Of a stretch of 64,000 bases of DNA, positions 33,016 through 42,838 are shown piece by piece. A program made the translations under genes and the position numbers. Source of the DNA: an uncultured delta proteobacterium (GTDB taxonomy: Bacteria > Desulfobacterota > WTBG01); the NCBI GenBank assembly GCA_963793865.1, contig CAWCBP010000014.1, positions 96,001 through 160,000 on the forward strand, read 5' to 3'. The notes beneath the pieces were generated by a model, which saw only the letters and a program-made list of their open reading frames with translations, was not told the origin of the DNA and did no database searches. How positions within the stretch are numbered: the stretch's first letter is position 1; each line of letters opens with the position of its first letter.

Positions 33016-33777
33016 ATGCCGGATACTGCAATGCCGGATCCTTACGCAGCCGAGGTCAGGGAATACCGGTCCGGCGAGGTAATTGCCGCGGAAGGTGAAC
33101 CGCAGGAGATTTTCTATGTTATTCTGGAAGGATCGGTTGAGATTTTTCAGCATAACAAAAGCATCAGGGTGCTCAAGACAGGGGATGTCTTCGGGCTTGA
33201 ACGCGTCTTTTTGAAAAAATCGCTGACCACAACCGCGCGGGCGCTGAGTCCCGTGCGCATCGCCGCCTATCAGAAGAGCGCGATCGGCCGTATTGCCCAA
33301 GCCGGGTCACGGGTAATTACCGCCATCATTTCATCGCTCTTAAATCAGCTGGAGCAGACAACACAGGTTGCGGAGGAGTATATACCCCCGGCGTTTCTGT
33401 TGGATTTTAACCAGCGCGTTTACCGGGAGGGAGAGGTCATCATCGAGGAAGGCACTTCAGGCAGCGATATTTTTATGCTTCTGGAAAGTGAGGGGGGATT
33501 GCTGGTGACCCGGAAGGGCATGGAAGTGGGCCGCATCACCCGCACCGGCGAATACTTCGGTGAAATGAGCGGCCTGCTCGGCGAGCCGCGCACGGCAACC
33601 GTGCGATCGCTTGGTGCCAGCACGGTGCAGCGCTTCCCCGGCGAGGACCTGGAAGCCACCCTCACGGCCTGCCCCCGCCTTGCCAAGCAGCTCATAGATA
33701 TCCTCGCCTCCCGGCTGCATGACGCCAACCGGAGAATCGTCGAGCTTTCAGGTAAATCGGGGGTTGGATGCATGTGA
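33016..33777 (+). CDS. Tandem cyclic-nucleotide-binding (cNMP) domain protein
   Basis: Two cNMP folds: FYVILEGSVEI...GDVFG and IEEG...GEYFGEMS...PRTATVR; no HTH. Confidence 0.85.
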   Translation: MPDTAMPDPYAAEVREYRSGEVIAAEGEPQEIFYVILEGSVEIFQHNKSIRVLKTGDVFGLERVFLKKSLTTTARALSPVRIAAYQKSAIGRIAQAGSRVITAIISSLLNQLEQTTQVAEEYIPPAFLLDFNQRVYREGEVIIEEGTSGSDIFMLLESEGGLLVTRKGMEVGRITRTGEYFGEMSGLLGEPRTATVRSLGASTVQRFPGEDLEATLTACPRLAKQLIDILASRLHDANRRIVELSGKSGVGCM

Positions 33778-33780
33778 CAG

Positions 33781-33916
33781 GGGCACACATTGGGCACACT
33801 CGGCATTTTAAGGAGAAGAGGGCACGCGAGGCAGGACTCTAACTCATTGAAAAACAAGTGCATAGGGCGGGAATCGAACCCCCACAGGGCTAAGCCCCGA
33901 GGGATTTTAAGTCCCT
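33781..33916 (-). repeat. att-site direct repeat: 3' half of tRNA-Leu plus arm-like flank
   Basis: Matches 35494-35630: GGGCACAC-n-TTGGGCACAC, TCTAACTCATTGAAAAACAAGTGC, and the tRNA 3' half up to the anticodon arm. Confidence 0.85.
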
Positions 33917-34124
33917 ACTCCTGAGTTTCCTAACCGCCTCAATATTGTTTAACTATTTGAATTATAGCAATTCCCTCTTTGGCAGATTTTCCTCGTAGTA
34001 GCAGTTTTTTGTAAGCTTTGGAAAACTTTTCTCACACAAATTCACACACAGCAAATCTTAAAAATCTAAATCGCATTTATCTTTCTTTGGCAATGCACCC
34101 GATATTCAAGATGCCAGTTTATAT

Positions 34125-34153
34125 TTGACAAACTGTAGCTAATAAGCTACACT
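34125..34153 (+). promoter_or_regulatory. TA promoter with palindromic operator
   Basis: TTGACA (34125-30), 17 bp, TACACT (34148-53); inverted repeat TGTAGCT-AATA-AGCTACA (34134-51) overlaps it. Confidence 0.8.
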
Positions 34154-34165
34154 ATCTTAACAATC

Positions 34166-34525
34166 ATGAGCGGTCAGGAAAGTTCTGTGACGCAAATACG
34201 GATTTATCAAACCAAAGACAAAGAGATCCCCTTTGAGGATTGGCTGGATAATCTCAATGACATTAATGCACAAGCAAGAATACTTCAAAGGATTGACAGA
34301 ATCGCGTTGGGGAATTTCGGTGACTGTGAACCTGTCGGGGATGGGGTTCACGAAGTAAGAATAGACTATGGTCCCGGATACCGGATATATTTTGGCAACG
34401 ATGGAAAGACGCTTGTAATCCTGCTCTGCGGGGGAACAAAAAGACACCAAGAAAAAGACATAAGAAAAGCCAAAGAGTATTGGCAAGACTATAAAGCCAG
34501 AAAAAAACCTCAGCGTTTAGTTTAG
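34166..34525 (+). CDS. RelE/HigB-like addiction module toxin
   Basis: RIALGNFGDCEPVGDGVHEVRIDYGPGYRIYF...LLCGGTKRHQEKDI; toxin-first arrangement. Confidence 0.9.
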   Translation: MSGQESSVTQIRIYQTKDKEIPFEDWLDNLNDINAQARILQRIDRIALGNFGDCEPVGDGVHEVRIDYGPGYRIYFGNDGKTLVILLCGGTKRHQEKDIRKAKEYWQDYKARKKPQRLV

Positions 34526-34554
34526 AATCAATTAAAAGAAAGGGAAATGAGGTA

Positions 34555-34845
34555 ATGACTAGACCAAGCAAAGATTATAAAAGCGAATTACTCAAAAGAC
34601 TTAAAGACCCAAAACTTGCAGAGGCATATGTAAATGCTGCGCTTGAGAATGGGACCCAAGAGGAGCTATTAGTTGCTCTTAAGAATGTGTGTGAGGCTCA
34701 TGGCATGGCGCGCACAGCCAGAAAGGCAAAAATCAATCGCGAAAACATGTACCGGGTGCTCTCTGCAAAAGGAAATCCGCATCTTTCAACATTTACCTCA
34801 ATTCTTGAGAGCACAGGGTTAAAACTGCGCGTGCAAGCCAACTAA
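34555..34845 (+). CDS. Addiction module antidote (HigA-like HTH antitoxin)
   Basis: AYVNAALE...GMARTARKAKINRENMYRVLSAKGNP HTH. Confidence 0.9.
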   Translation: MTRPSKDYKSELLKRLKDPKLAEAYVNAALENGTQEELLVALKNVCEAHGMARTARKAKINRENMYRVLSAKGNPHLSTFTSILESTGLKLRVQAN

Positions 34846-34950
34846 ACTCGTTTCTGCTTCTTCTTTTCAGCTGTTCCAGATTTTCCAGTACATCGGACGG
34901 TAATTTCATCTCACCCACGTAGACTCCATCAGACTGCTTACGAAGTCATT

Positions 34951-35330
34951 TTAGCATTTCCCAATTGGCTCAGATTTATTACAGGACAGTATCCATCTTT
35001 CCTGAAAAGGTTTCGTAAGATTAACAGCGTTCTTTGCGATTGATGATGTTATAAAGGTCTTGGCTTCCCACTTATCAGCTGCGCGGGGCTTGATGCCTCG
35101 GGTGTTTAACTCCTCAGCTATTTTCTGATAGCTCATCCGTTTCTTCCCTTTCGGTTTACGGTATAGGGATTTAATGAGCTTAATAACTTCCTGTTCGCCT
35201 TCTAAGGCTCCATATGGCTTCCTGTCTTCACATTTACCCTTTCTTTCCCTAATAGCTTCTCTAGCCTTACGCAGCTTCCTTACAAGCCTAGATTTCTCAA
35301 GTTCTGAGAAAACACCCTGCATTTGTACCA
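34951..35330 (-). pseudogene. Serine recombinase C-terminal remnant
   Basis: [22 protein letters not shown]...RKPYG...SYQKIAEELNTRGIKPR..KW; catalytic N-terminus absent. Confidence 0.7.
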
Positions 35331-35483
35331 ACGGCAGTAAGGAACATGGTAAGGGCTGGAGTGCCTGAGAAGGTAGCAATGAAAATATCCGGGCATAAAA
35401 CAAGGTCTGTCTTTGACCGCTATAACATAGTCAATGAAACAGACCTTAAAAAGGCTGCGTATGTGCCTCACCAAGTACCATGA
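35331..35483 (+). pseudogene. Tyrosine integrase C-terminal remnant
   Basis: Manual translation [43 protein letters not shown] (box II GH...Y catalytic region); lies next to the tRNA. Confidence 0.85.
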
Positions 35484-35572
35484 TGAAAATCACGGGCACA
35501 CTTTGGGCACACCAAGCATATTCAGGAGGAAAAGAGCGAATGAGTCAGCTTTCTAACTCATTGAAAAACAAG

Positions 35573-35657
35573 TGCCTAGGGCGGGAATCGAACCCGCACA
35601 GGGCTAAGCCCCGAGGGATTTTAAGTCCCTTGCGTCTGCCAGTTCCGCCACCCAGGC
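35573..35657 (-). tRNA. trnL: tRNA-Leu (TAA), CCA not encoded
   Basis: Reverse complement GCCTGGGTGGCGGAACTGGCAGACGCAAGGGACTTAAAATCCCT..long variable arm..GGTTCGATTCCCGCCCTAGGCA. Confidence 0.95.
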
Positions 35658-35845
35658 ACTGTTATAAATCGAGTAGTTATAAGGATAGAAATAAAATGAT
35701 GGTGCAGGCACTTTATAATATTTTTGAGCAACTCTGTCAATTTATTACTGAGCGGTGTCGCCGTGCCTTCACTGTTCTTGGTGTCCTCAGATTTCATTAA
35801 AGCTACAATCTCACTATTGTAATATTCCATCTCAGTCATTGCGTA

Positions 35846-36751
35846 TTACTTTTTGATAAACGTGCCCTTATCATATTCTTCGAATGCAATCCGCAGTTCT
35901 TCCTGGGTATTCATAACTATCGGTCCGTACCATGCGACTGGTTCTTTGATCGGCTTTCCGGTTATGAGCAAAAACCGCACCGGTTCATCCTCGGTTGTGA
36001 TCATAACCTCATCACCCTTATCAAACAGTACGATCGTGCCATTGTCCGCAAAAGGCTCCCGTTTAATATCAAAATAGTTTTCTCCTTCGACCTCATAGGT
36101 AAACGGTTTTTTCTCCTGACAGAAATATCCCGTACCCTCAAAGACATAGGCAAAAACCGTGTGCCCCCGTTTGGTCGGATGAACAAACACCGCTCGACGC
36201 GGGACGGTAATATCAAGATATTCCGGATCAATGACTATGTCACGCACCGGTCCCTGTGTATTACCCACCGTACCACAGATGATTTTGATTTTTACACCAT
36301 TCTCCATTGTCAGCTCGGGAATCTGCTCCCTCTTAACATCGCGATAGCGCGGATCCATCATTTTATGAGCAGCAGGGAGATTTGCCCAGAGCTGGAAGCC
36401 ATACATCGAACCGTGTACATCTCCCTTGGGCATTTCCTGGTGGATAATCCCGCTGCCCGCGGTCATCCACTGCACATCGCCGGATGTGATAATCCCCTCA
36501 TTTCCCATGCTGTCACCATGCACTACATCACCGCGCAACACATAGGTGATCGTTTCTATGCCACGATGCGGATGCCAGGGAAATCCCTTCAAATAATGCC
36601 CGGGGGTGTCGGAACGGAAATCATCCAGCATCAGAAAAGGGTCAAACTGGGGAACTTGGTTATAGCCGAAAGCCCGTTTTAGATGGACGCCAGCCCCCTC
36701 GATGGTCGGCTTGCTCTTCCACACCTTTTTGATCTTGCGGATTGAGTTCAT
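35846..36751 (-). CDS. Pirin family protein
   Basis: DPFLMLDDF, GFPWHPHRGIETITY, QWMTAGSGIIHQE, GPIVMNT. Confidence 0.95.
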   Translation of the reverse strand: MNSIRKIKKVWKSKPTIEGAGVHLKRAFGYNQVPQFDPFLMLDDFRSDTPGHYLKGFPWHPHRGIETITYVLRGDVVHGDSMGNEGIITSGDVQWMTAGSGIIHQEMPKGDVHGSMYGFQLWANLPAAHKMMDPRYRDVKREQIPELTMENGVKIKIICGTVGNTQGPVRDIVIDPEYLDITVPRRAVFVHPTKRGHTVFAYVFEGTGYFCQEKKPFTYEVEGENYFDIKREPFADNGTIVLFDKGDEVMITTEDEPVRFLLITGKPIKEPVAWYGPIVMNTQEELRIAFEEYDKGTFIKK

Positions 36752-36783
36752 ACTCATCTCCTGCATTCTTCCACCCTGCGTTT

Positions 36784-37452
36784 CTATTCTGCGCAGGATT
36801 CACTTTTTGTATGCTGAGGCATTTTGTGGACCATAGTCTTTACATATTCAATGCCGAAACCGTACGCACCGCTGTGCTCCCAGATGAGATCGCAAACCGC
36901 ATCGTAGGTTTTTTTGTTGGCCCAATCACGCTGCCATTCAAGCATCACCTGCTGCCAGGTCATGGGAACGGCTCCAGCCTGAATCATCCGCTGGCAGGCC
37001 CGTTCGTGAACCTCAGGGGAAGTTCCTCCGGAAGCATCGGAAACGAAATATACCTCATACCCATCTTCTAATGCACTTAACACGGGGAAACAGAGGCAGA
37101 CTTCCGTCCACAGGGCACACATGACAAGACGCTTGCGGCCAATGCGCTTGACTTCGGCAAGGAATTTTTTATCCTCCCATGAGTTCATGCTGGAGCGTTC
37201 AATAGGCTTCTGTCCATTGAAGATGTCTAAAATTTGAGGCCACATATAGCCACTGAAGCTCTCGGTTTCTACAGTAGTGAGGATGGTTGGCACATTAAAG
37301 ATCTTGGCAGCCTTTGCCAGAGCTATGACGTTGTTTAAAAGCAGCTGCCGGTCAATTGAGGCCACACCAAAGGCCATCTGAGGCTGATGGTCGATAAAGA
37401 TCATTGTGCAGTCTTCAGGATACAGCAGGCTTTTAATTTTTCTTTTGACCAT
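36784..37452 (-). CDS. Isochorismatase-family hydrolase (YcaC-like)
   Basis: IDHQPQMAFGV, ERSSMNSWED, LWTEVC, DASGG. Confidence 0.9.
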   Translation of the reverse strand: MVKRKIKSLLYPEDCTMIFIDHQPQMAFGVASIDRQLLLNNVIALAKAAKIFNVPTILTTVETESFSGYMWPQILDIFNGQKPIERSSMNSWEDKKFLAEVKRIGRKRLVMCALWTEVCLCFPVLSALEDGYEVYFVSDASGGTSPEVHERACQRMIQAGAVPMTWQQVMLEWQRDWANKKTYDAVCDLIWEHSGAYGFGIEYVKTMVHKMPQHTKSESCAE

Positions 37453-38047
37453 GGCATTCCTCCTTTCTGAAATTCATGCTTATTGGATTTGATTCAAATA
37501 CTAACAAAATTTTGCATTAATTTTTTAAGTCATATTCAGTGCGTGATATTTCAAACACTCTTATTTAAAGCCTACAAAAATAGAAAACAGTTTGTCAATG
37601 GAAACACTATAGTGTTTCGCATGATCAATGTATTACTGTCTGAAAATAATATTCTTACTACAATATATGGTGATGTATCAGGTCAAGCAACTCACATTAC
37701 TTTAAGCTGCATCAGAAGCATTAAGTGCCGTTTCATTGTGAGATTGAGTTAGTAGTGTTAAAAATTTTTGCCACCCGCTATTCTTTCAGTATGGTAGTAA
37801 CATGCAATAATCATCCCCCTCAGCTTATGCATGTTTGCAGATGTATCTTGTCGCTATAACTCAGTATTTTTGGTTTAAAATTCAATGTATTAATCAATAT
37901 TGGCACTTCCAATTGGAGCGTTACTCTCCTGACAAAACCGACTCCAGCAAACTTGTATTTAAAATGATATACATTATATGTAAAAACATGCACTCCACAA
38001 ACGCCTCCGTTACAAATTGTTCTGCATAAAATCACAAATCTCTAACC

Positions 38048-38126
38048 TAAGTTATTGAATTACCGTATATATAAAATTTCCGGCTGATTTTTCAGATTAT
38101 TTGAACACATTGGCAAAGACATTGCG
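38048..38126 (+). promoter_or_regulatory. Putative sigma54 promoter with upstream IHF-like site
   Basis: TTGGCAAAGACATTGCG (GG-N10-GC) at 38110-26; TAAGTTATTGAAT (near WATCAA-N4-TTR on minus strand) at 38048-60. Confidence 0.55.
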
Positions 38127-38166
38127 ATTTACGCGATGACAGCAACCCGAATTTTGGAGAAACAAT

Positions 38167-39210
38167 TTGACCATGGTTCCCTTTAAGACCACATTTCGCC
38201 ATTGTATGATTTATAAGATATTTTGTACCTCACTTGTTCTGTTTCTCGTCTGTGTAACTCAATCCATTTACTCCCCGGAACTTATTTACGGTGCTTCGCT
38301 GGTTTTGCAATGGCAAAGCAATGAGGAAGATGATCTGGCCGGATATAATATTTATTGTGTCAGCTCACAGCCAGATCACGATTTGATTGCAGATCTCGGT
38401 AACGTAACAGAATGTGAGCTAAATGACCTCGCTCTGTATGAACATGTAGCCTATGGTATAGCCTTAACCGCCTACGACCTCAGTGGGAATGAAAGTGATT
38501 TTTCCGATCCACTTTACGTAACACTAGATGACGAAATTGATGATTTTGAGGATAATTGCCCTGATATATATAATCCGAACCAGGAAGACATGTACCCGCC
38601 TGGTGGCAATAATATTGGGGATGTTTGTGAAACCATCTTAACAACCTCTTCTACGACGATACCCACACTCCACCCTGTCAGCACTACAACAATCCCTCCT
38701 GCCAGCACTACAACAACCATTACCGAATGCGAGATAGACAGTGATTGTGCTGATGATGGGCTTTATTGCAACGGTGATGAGTTCTGTGATGAGGGAACTT
38801 GTGTAAGCACTGATAACCCCTGTGATGCAGAACTTATCTGTGATGAAACTACTCATGAGTGCAAACCAGTAGTACCCCCGGTAACACTTCAGCTCACTCC
38901 TGAAATATGGTATCAGTCACGATTGGTACCTCTAATAAAGTTTTTAAGAATAGAGGGGTCAAATAGTCACTTTGATAAGGCTGACACAGAGATCACATTT
39001 ACCCCGGATAATGCAGTAATAATGCTGCCATTAGTAATTGATGAAGCAACCATTACCTGTGGTGGTATTTTGATGCCGAGATTGTGGGCGCCGTTTGATG
39101 CAATTGATGTAAAGGTCACCACCGGGGAAGAAGAGGCAACTGCTACAATGGAGATTCAGCTTTTACCGTTTATGTTTGAACTGGAGAAAAATCTCTTGCA
39201 AGAGGAGTAA
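38167..39210 (+). CDS. Secreted modular protein: FN3-like domain, TSP3-like Ca-binding repeat, Thr-rich linker, Cys-rich module
   Basis: Signal-like N-terminus; W..N.EDDLAGYNIY...TAYDLSGNESDFS; DNCPDIYNPNQED...GDVC; CADDGLYCNGDEFC. Confidence 0.75.
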   Translation: MTMVPFKTTFRHCMIYKIFCTSLVLFLVCVTQSIYSPELIYGASLVLQWQSNEEDDLAGYNIYCVSSQPDHDLIADLGNVTECELNDLALYEHVAYGIALTAYDLSGNESDFSDPLYVTLDDEIDDFEDNCPDIYNPNQEDMYPPGGNNIGDVCETILTTSSTTIPTLHPVSTTTIPPASTTTTITECEIDSDCADDGLYCNGDEFCDEGTCVSTDNPCDAELICDETTHECKPVVPPVTLQLTPEIWYQSRLVPLIKFLRIEGSNSHFDKADTEITFTPDNAVIMLPLVIDEATITCGGILMPRLWAPFDAIDVKVTTGEEEATATMEIQLLPFMFELEKNLLQEE

Positions 39211-39375
39211 TCTACACATCATGCGGGGCTTTATAATATTTTGAATATCCCTGTCAATTCATTATTAAGCGCCACCCGGGGCATATATCAGACCATTTCC
39301 GGCGGTTCACACGCTGAATACAATAAGCTGACAAAGCAATTAAGGCACGCGCAGCTTTAAAGGCCGAACAAAATA

Positions 39376-39427
39376 GTCATTGCGGGGAGCGAAGGCGTAA
39401 GATTGCTTCGCTGACGCTCGCAATGAC
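39376..39427. repeat. REP-like palindrome (GTCATTGCG...GATTGCTTCG...CGCAATGAC family)
   Basis: Terminal GTCATTGCG/CGCAATGAC inverted repeat; related copies at 41795-41925. Confidence 0.75.
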
Positions 39428-39446
39428 ATTCGTAATTCCCGGATCA

Positions 39447-40388
39447 TCATTCCTGAAAGACTTGCTTAAGCGCTTCCACCGTCTGGTTCACCGCGTCACC
39501 GGCGGTGTCCCCGGTTACGGTCCAGTAAGCCATGTGACCCTTGCCCGCATAGCGTATGAGCCGTGTCTCTACCCCCTCATCTTTAAGCCGCTTTGCGTAC
39601 GCTTCCCCGTCGTCTCGCACCACGTCATATTCGCCGGTGAGCATAAGCGCAGGCGGTAGATTGGTCAGGTCAGGGGCAAGCAGCGGCGATGCGTAAGGAT
39701 TGGATCCGTCTTCCTCGCGCTTAAGATACTGTCTGCGAAACCACTTCGCGTGAAACCTCGTCAGCCCGTAGCCCTTTGCAAACATTCGGTAGGAATCGGT
39801 TTCCAGGGTGGCGATGTTGGTCGAGGGATAGGCGAGAATCTGCAGGATAAGAGGAGGGCCTCCGCGCTCCTTTGCCAGCAGGCACACCGCGGCGGCGAGA
39901 TTTCCTCCCGAGCTTTGTCCGCCGATGGCAATCCGCGAACTGTCACCATTGATGCGGTCCGCGTTCTGTGCTGTCCAGAGCGCAGCCGCATAGCAATCTT
40001 CAAGCCCGGCAGGAAATTTGTGCCGGGGGGCCAGGCGGTAGTCCACGGATACGACCAGACATCCGGCATGACGTGCGAAGTGCCGGCACACCGTATCAAC
40101 CTCATCGAGACTGCCGAGGGTCCATCCTCCGCCGTGCAGCCAGATGAGTATGGGTAATGAATGATCTTCACGGGGATAATACATGCGGAGCGGTATTTCA
40201 CCTGACGGACCGGGGATACGAATATTTTCAACCCTTGCAACCGCTCCGGGCGGACCCTGCTGTTTTTCAAATGCATGATTGACTACTATCCTCACAACAG
40301 GAGCAGCGCTGCAACCTGTTGCAACGGTGATAACCGTCAAGAGCCTGATGGTTAGGTATGCGAGCCTTCTCGACCTGTAACTGTTCAT
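39447..40388 (-). CDS. Alpha/beta hydrolase, HSL-family esterase (possible lipoprotein)
   Basis: HGGG oxyanion motif, VDYRLAP, GQSSGG nucleophile motif, D and H triad regions; VATGC lipobox-like. Confidence 0.9.
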   Translation of the reverse strand: MNSYRSRRLAYLTIRLLTVITVATGCSAAPVVRIVVNHAFEKQQGPPGAVARVENIRIPGPSGEIPLRMYYPREDHSLPILIWLHGGGWTLGSLDEVDTVCRHFARHAGCLVVSVDYRLAPRHKFPAGLEDCYAAALWTAQNADRINGDSSRIAIGGQSSGGNLAAAVCLLAKERGGPPLILQILAYPSTNIATLETDSYRMFAKGYGLTRFHAKWFRRQYLKREEDGSNPYASPLLAPDLTNLPPALMLTGEYDVVRDDGEAYAKRLKDEGVETRLIRYAGKGHMAYWTVTGDTAGDAVNQTVEALKQVFQE

Positions 40389-40708
40389 ACTCTGCGCGAA
40401 CCTTTCCCCGCAACAAGATATGCCGCCGTGTCATCTCGATAAGAACCTGTCCATTAAGAACAGAGTGTTCTTGCATTACTACAAATAAAAAGTCAACAAA
40501 ATTGTTGAATTGAACAGTGTGTGTGTTGTCACGTCCTCCTTTATAGTCAAAGGCTGTGTCACGGCAGTCCTGCGCTGATCTGTAAGCTGCTGAGTTACTT
40601 GAAACAGGAGGAGTTTCCCGGCTCTGATTTTTTAAGCATGTAATTTGCAAAGCCATGCAACATGTGTGCTGCGTCCAACCGATAGAGGCAAGAGATAGGG
40701 GATCTATC

Positions 40709-41674
40709 ATGGAGCATGATCAAGGCGATCTTGTAATAATCGGCAGAAGCAAGTCCATAACCGCTCTTTTCCGCTTTATTGCGAACACCAGGATATCGGA
40801 AGCGCCCGTTCTGATTACCGGTGAGACCGGCACGGGTAAAGAACTGGTTGCCCGTGCCATTCACCGCACCGGGGCGAGACACTGCAGGCCTTTTTTCACG
40901 CTGGACTGCTCGGTGCTCAACAAAAATCTGCTTGAATCGGAACTGTTCGGTCATGTGCGGGGGGCTTTCACGGGTGCGGTGGCTGATAAGAAGGGTGTCT
41001 TCGAGATGGCCGCGGGGAGCACCCTCTTTTTGGATGAAATAGGGGAAATGAGTTTGGATACCCAGGTAAAACTGCTCAGGGTGCTGGAGGAGGGCACATT
41101 TCGGCCGGTGGGCAGTGCGGAAGAAAAAAAGGTGAGTGTCCGGATTATCGCTGCTACCAACCGGGATTTGAAACTGATGATTCAAAAAGGCACATTTCGT
41201 GAGGATCTCTACTACCGGATTAATGTGATTGCCGTCCACCTGCCTGTTTTGCGGGAGAGAAGGGATGACATCCCGGCCCTGATAGACCACTTTGTAAAAA
41301 AACTCAATACGAGAAACGGCGTTTCCAGGCAATTTTCTCCCGAAGCCATGAGCCTGCTTGCGGAATATAGTTACCCCGGGAATGTAAGGGAACTGCGGAA
41401 TATAGTCGAGCGGGTCTTTTTGCTTTCTGAACGGGAGATAATGGGGGTTGAGGATTTGCCGCCGGAGGTAAGACGGGTGATAAAACGGCCCGATGCGGGA
41501 TGCGTTTCGGGATGGAACAGCCTGAGTCTGCAGCAGATCATCAAACGTACGGAAAAAAAGATGATATCACGGATGCTGCGGCTTATGAACGGCAACAAGG
41601 TGAAGGCGGCGAGGATGCTGAATATCTCCAGGTCGACGCTGTACGCAAAGATGGAGGAGTACGGGATAGAGTAG
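40709..41674 (+). CDS. Sigma54-dependent enhancer-binding protein without a sensory domain
   Basis: GETGTGKE, ESELFGH, GAFTGA, LFLDEIGE, FREDLYYR, YPGNVREL, C-terminal Fis HTH. Confidence 0.92.
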   Translation: MEHDQGDLVIIGRSKSITALFRFIANTRISEAPVLITGETGTGKELVARAIHRTGARHCRPFFTLDCSVLNKNLLESELFGHVRGAFTGAVADKKGVFEMAAGSTLFLDEIGEMSLDTQVKLLRVLEEGTFRPVGSAEEKKVSVRIIAATNRDLKLMIQKGTFREDLYYRINVIAVHLPVLRERRDDIPALIDHFVKKLNTRNGVSRQFSPEAMSLLAEYSYPGNVRELRNIVERVFLLSEREIMGVEDLPPEVRRVIKRPDAGCVSGWNSLSLQQIIKRTEKKMISRMLRLMNGNKVKAARMLNISRSTLYAKMEEYGIE

Positions 41675-41680
41675 GTCAGG

Positions 41681-41794
41681 CAGGCTGTTGAACAACATCC
41701 ATCTGCTGTGTTGCGCTCATTATTCGTCATTGCCTGGCTACGCTCCCTGGCCGAGCGCGGGCAAGCGGGCAAGCCAGCGAACCGGAATGTACGC
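41681..41794. mobile_element. Partial MITE-like element homologous to 23054-23170
   Basis: CAGGCTGTTGAACAACATCCATCTGCTG...GTCATTGCCTGGCT...CCTGGCCGAGC alignable over ~110 bp. Confidence 0.7.
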
Positions 41795-41925
41795 GAGATT
41801 GCTTCGCTCTCGCTCGCAATGACATCACAAAACATTCGCCTATCTACCAAGTCGTTGCGAGGAGGCTGAAAGCCGACGAAGCAATCTCACTGCTACGAGA
41901 TTGCTTCGCTATCGCCCGCAATGAC
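41795..41925. repeat. REP-like palindrome cluster
   Basis: GAGATTGCTTCG..CGCAATGAC twice, plus an inverted GTCGTTGCGAG...CGAAGCAATCTC unit. Confidence 0.75.
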
Positions 41926-41972
41926 CACGTATAGTGGAAATAATTATTCAATGCACTTCTGGGACATAACCC

Positions 41973-42806
41973 CTAGTTGTCCCGGAATTTTGATCTGTTG
42001 CCATTGAGATAGAGGGTGATGGTGACCTCATTGCCCCTTTCATTGAACGCTACCTTGTCCGTCAGGTATTCCACAATGAAGAGGCCTCGTTTGGCCGGAA
42101 TGTCGAGCTGATTCTGCTTCATCTGCCGGGAATATTCCTTTGCCTCAAAGCCTTCCCCTTCGTCCTGAACGGTCAGGGAAAATTTTTCGGCATCAAACGT
42201 CAGGATAATGGAAACGCTCTTGTGCGCACTTCCCTTGTTGCCGTGGACGAGCGCGTTGGTGAGAATTTCATCAGCGCACACGGAGATATTGTTGAGCATG
42301 TTTTCATCATCAATGCCCCGCCACTGGCATTCCTTGAGAATGTAGAAGGTAACCGAGGGTATGAGGTGAGGGTAGCTGGGAATTACAATCTCTGTGCGAT
42401 TGCGTATGTTTCTCAGGATCTTATCGGTGCCCAGCGCCAGCTCCCGCAGCCGCAATCCCTTGTTGATAATATTCTCCACCTCCCTGATGCTGAAGGGTTT
42501 GGTAATGAAGTTAAATGCCCCCCGGGTAAGGGCAAAGGTTGCATTTTTAACATCGCCGTACGCGGAGATGACGGCGATGGGAATCTTGGGATTCATGCTG
42601 CGGCTTTTAACGATGAACTTCATGCCGTCCATCTGGGGCATCATTAAATCGGTAATAATAAGATCGACCCTTTCAGATTGCAGCAGCTCCAGGGCTTCCA
42701 ATCCATTGCCGGCAGTCAGGGGGGTAAAGCCCAATTGGTCAACTATCGCCGACAAACTGCTGCGGATTGCCTCTTCATCATCGATAATGAGAATGACCTG
42801 TTTCAT
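41973..42806 (-). CDS. Response regulator fused to an RsbW-like HATPase (anti-sigma kinase) domain
   Basis: REC: ILIIDDEE, DLIITDLMMP, FITKPF; C-terminal EILTNALVHGN, QDEGEGF, RGLFIV. Confidence 0.85.
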   Translation of the reverse strand: MKQVILIIDDEEAIRSSLSAIVDQLGFTPLTAGNGLEALELLQSERVDLIITDLMMPQMDGMKFIVKSRSMNPKIPIAVISAYGDVKNATFALTRGAFNFITKPFSIREVENIINKGLRLRELALGTDKILRNIRNRTEIVIPSYPHLIPSVTFYILKECQWRGIDDENMLNNISVCADEILTNALVHGNKGSAHKSVSIILTFDAEKFSLTVQDEGEGFEAKEYSRQMKQNQLDIPAKRGLFIVEYLTDKVAFNERGNEVTITLYLNGNRSKFRDN

Positions 42807-42838
42807 ACCTTGTTTACCCTCGCGGATGAATAGGTAAT

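Larger units (their letters stand above)
33859..35572. mobile_element. Decayed genomic island integrated at tRNA-Leu
   Basis: Bounded by the tRNA-Leu and its duplicated 3' half; AT-richer; contains a TA pair and two recombinase remnants. Confidence 0.8.

Noticed and set aside
33859..33916. Second tRNA-Leu gene
   Set aside because: Only the 3' half is present, without D-arm or 5' acceptor strand, and it has mismatches; it is an att remnant.
37453..38047. Short ORFs in the AT-rich intergenic region
   Set aside because: No SD sequences, motifs or coding-like composition.
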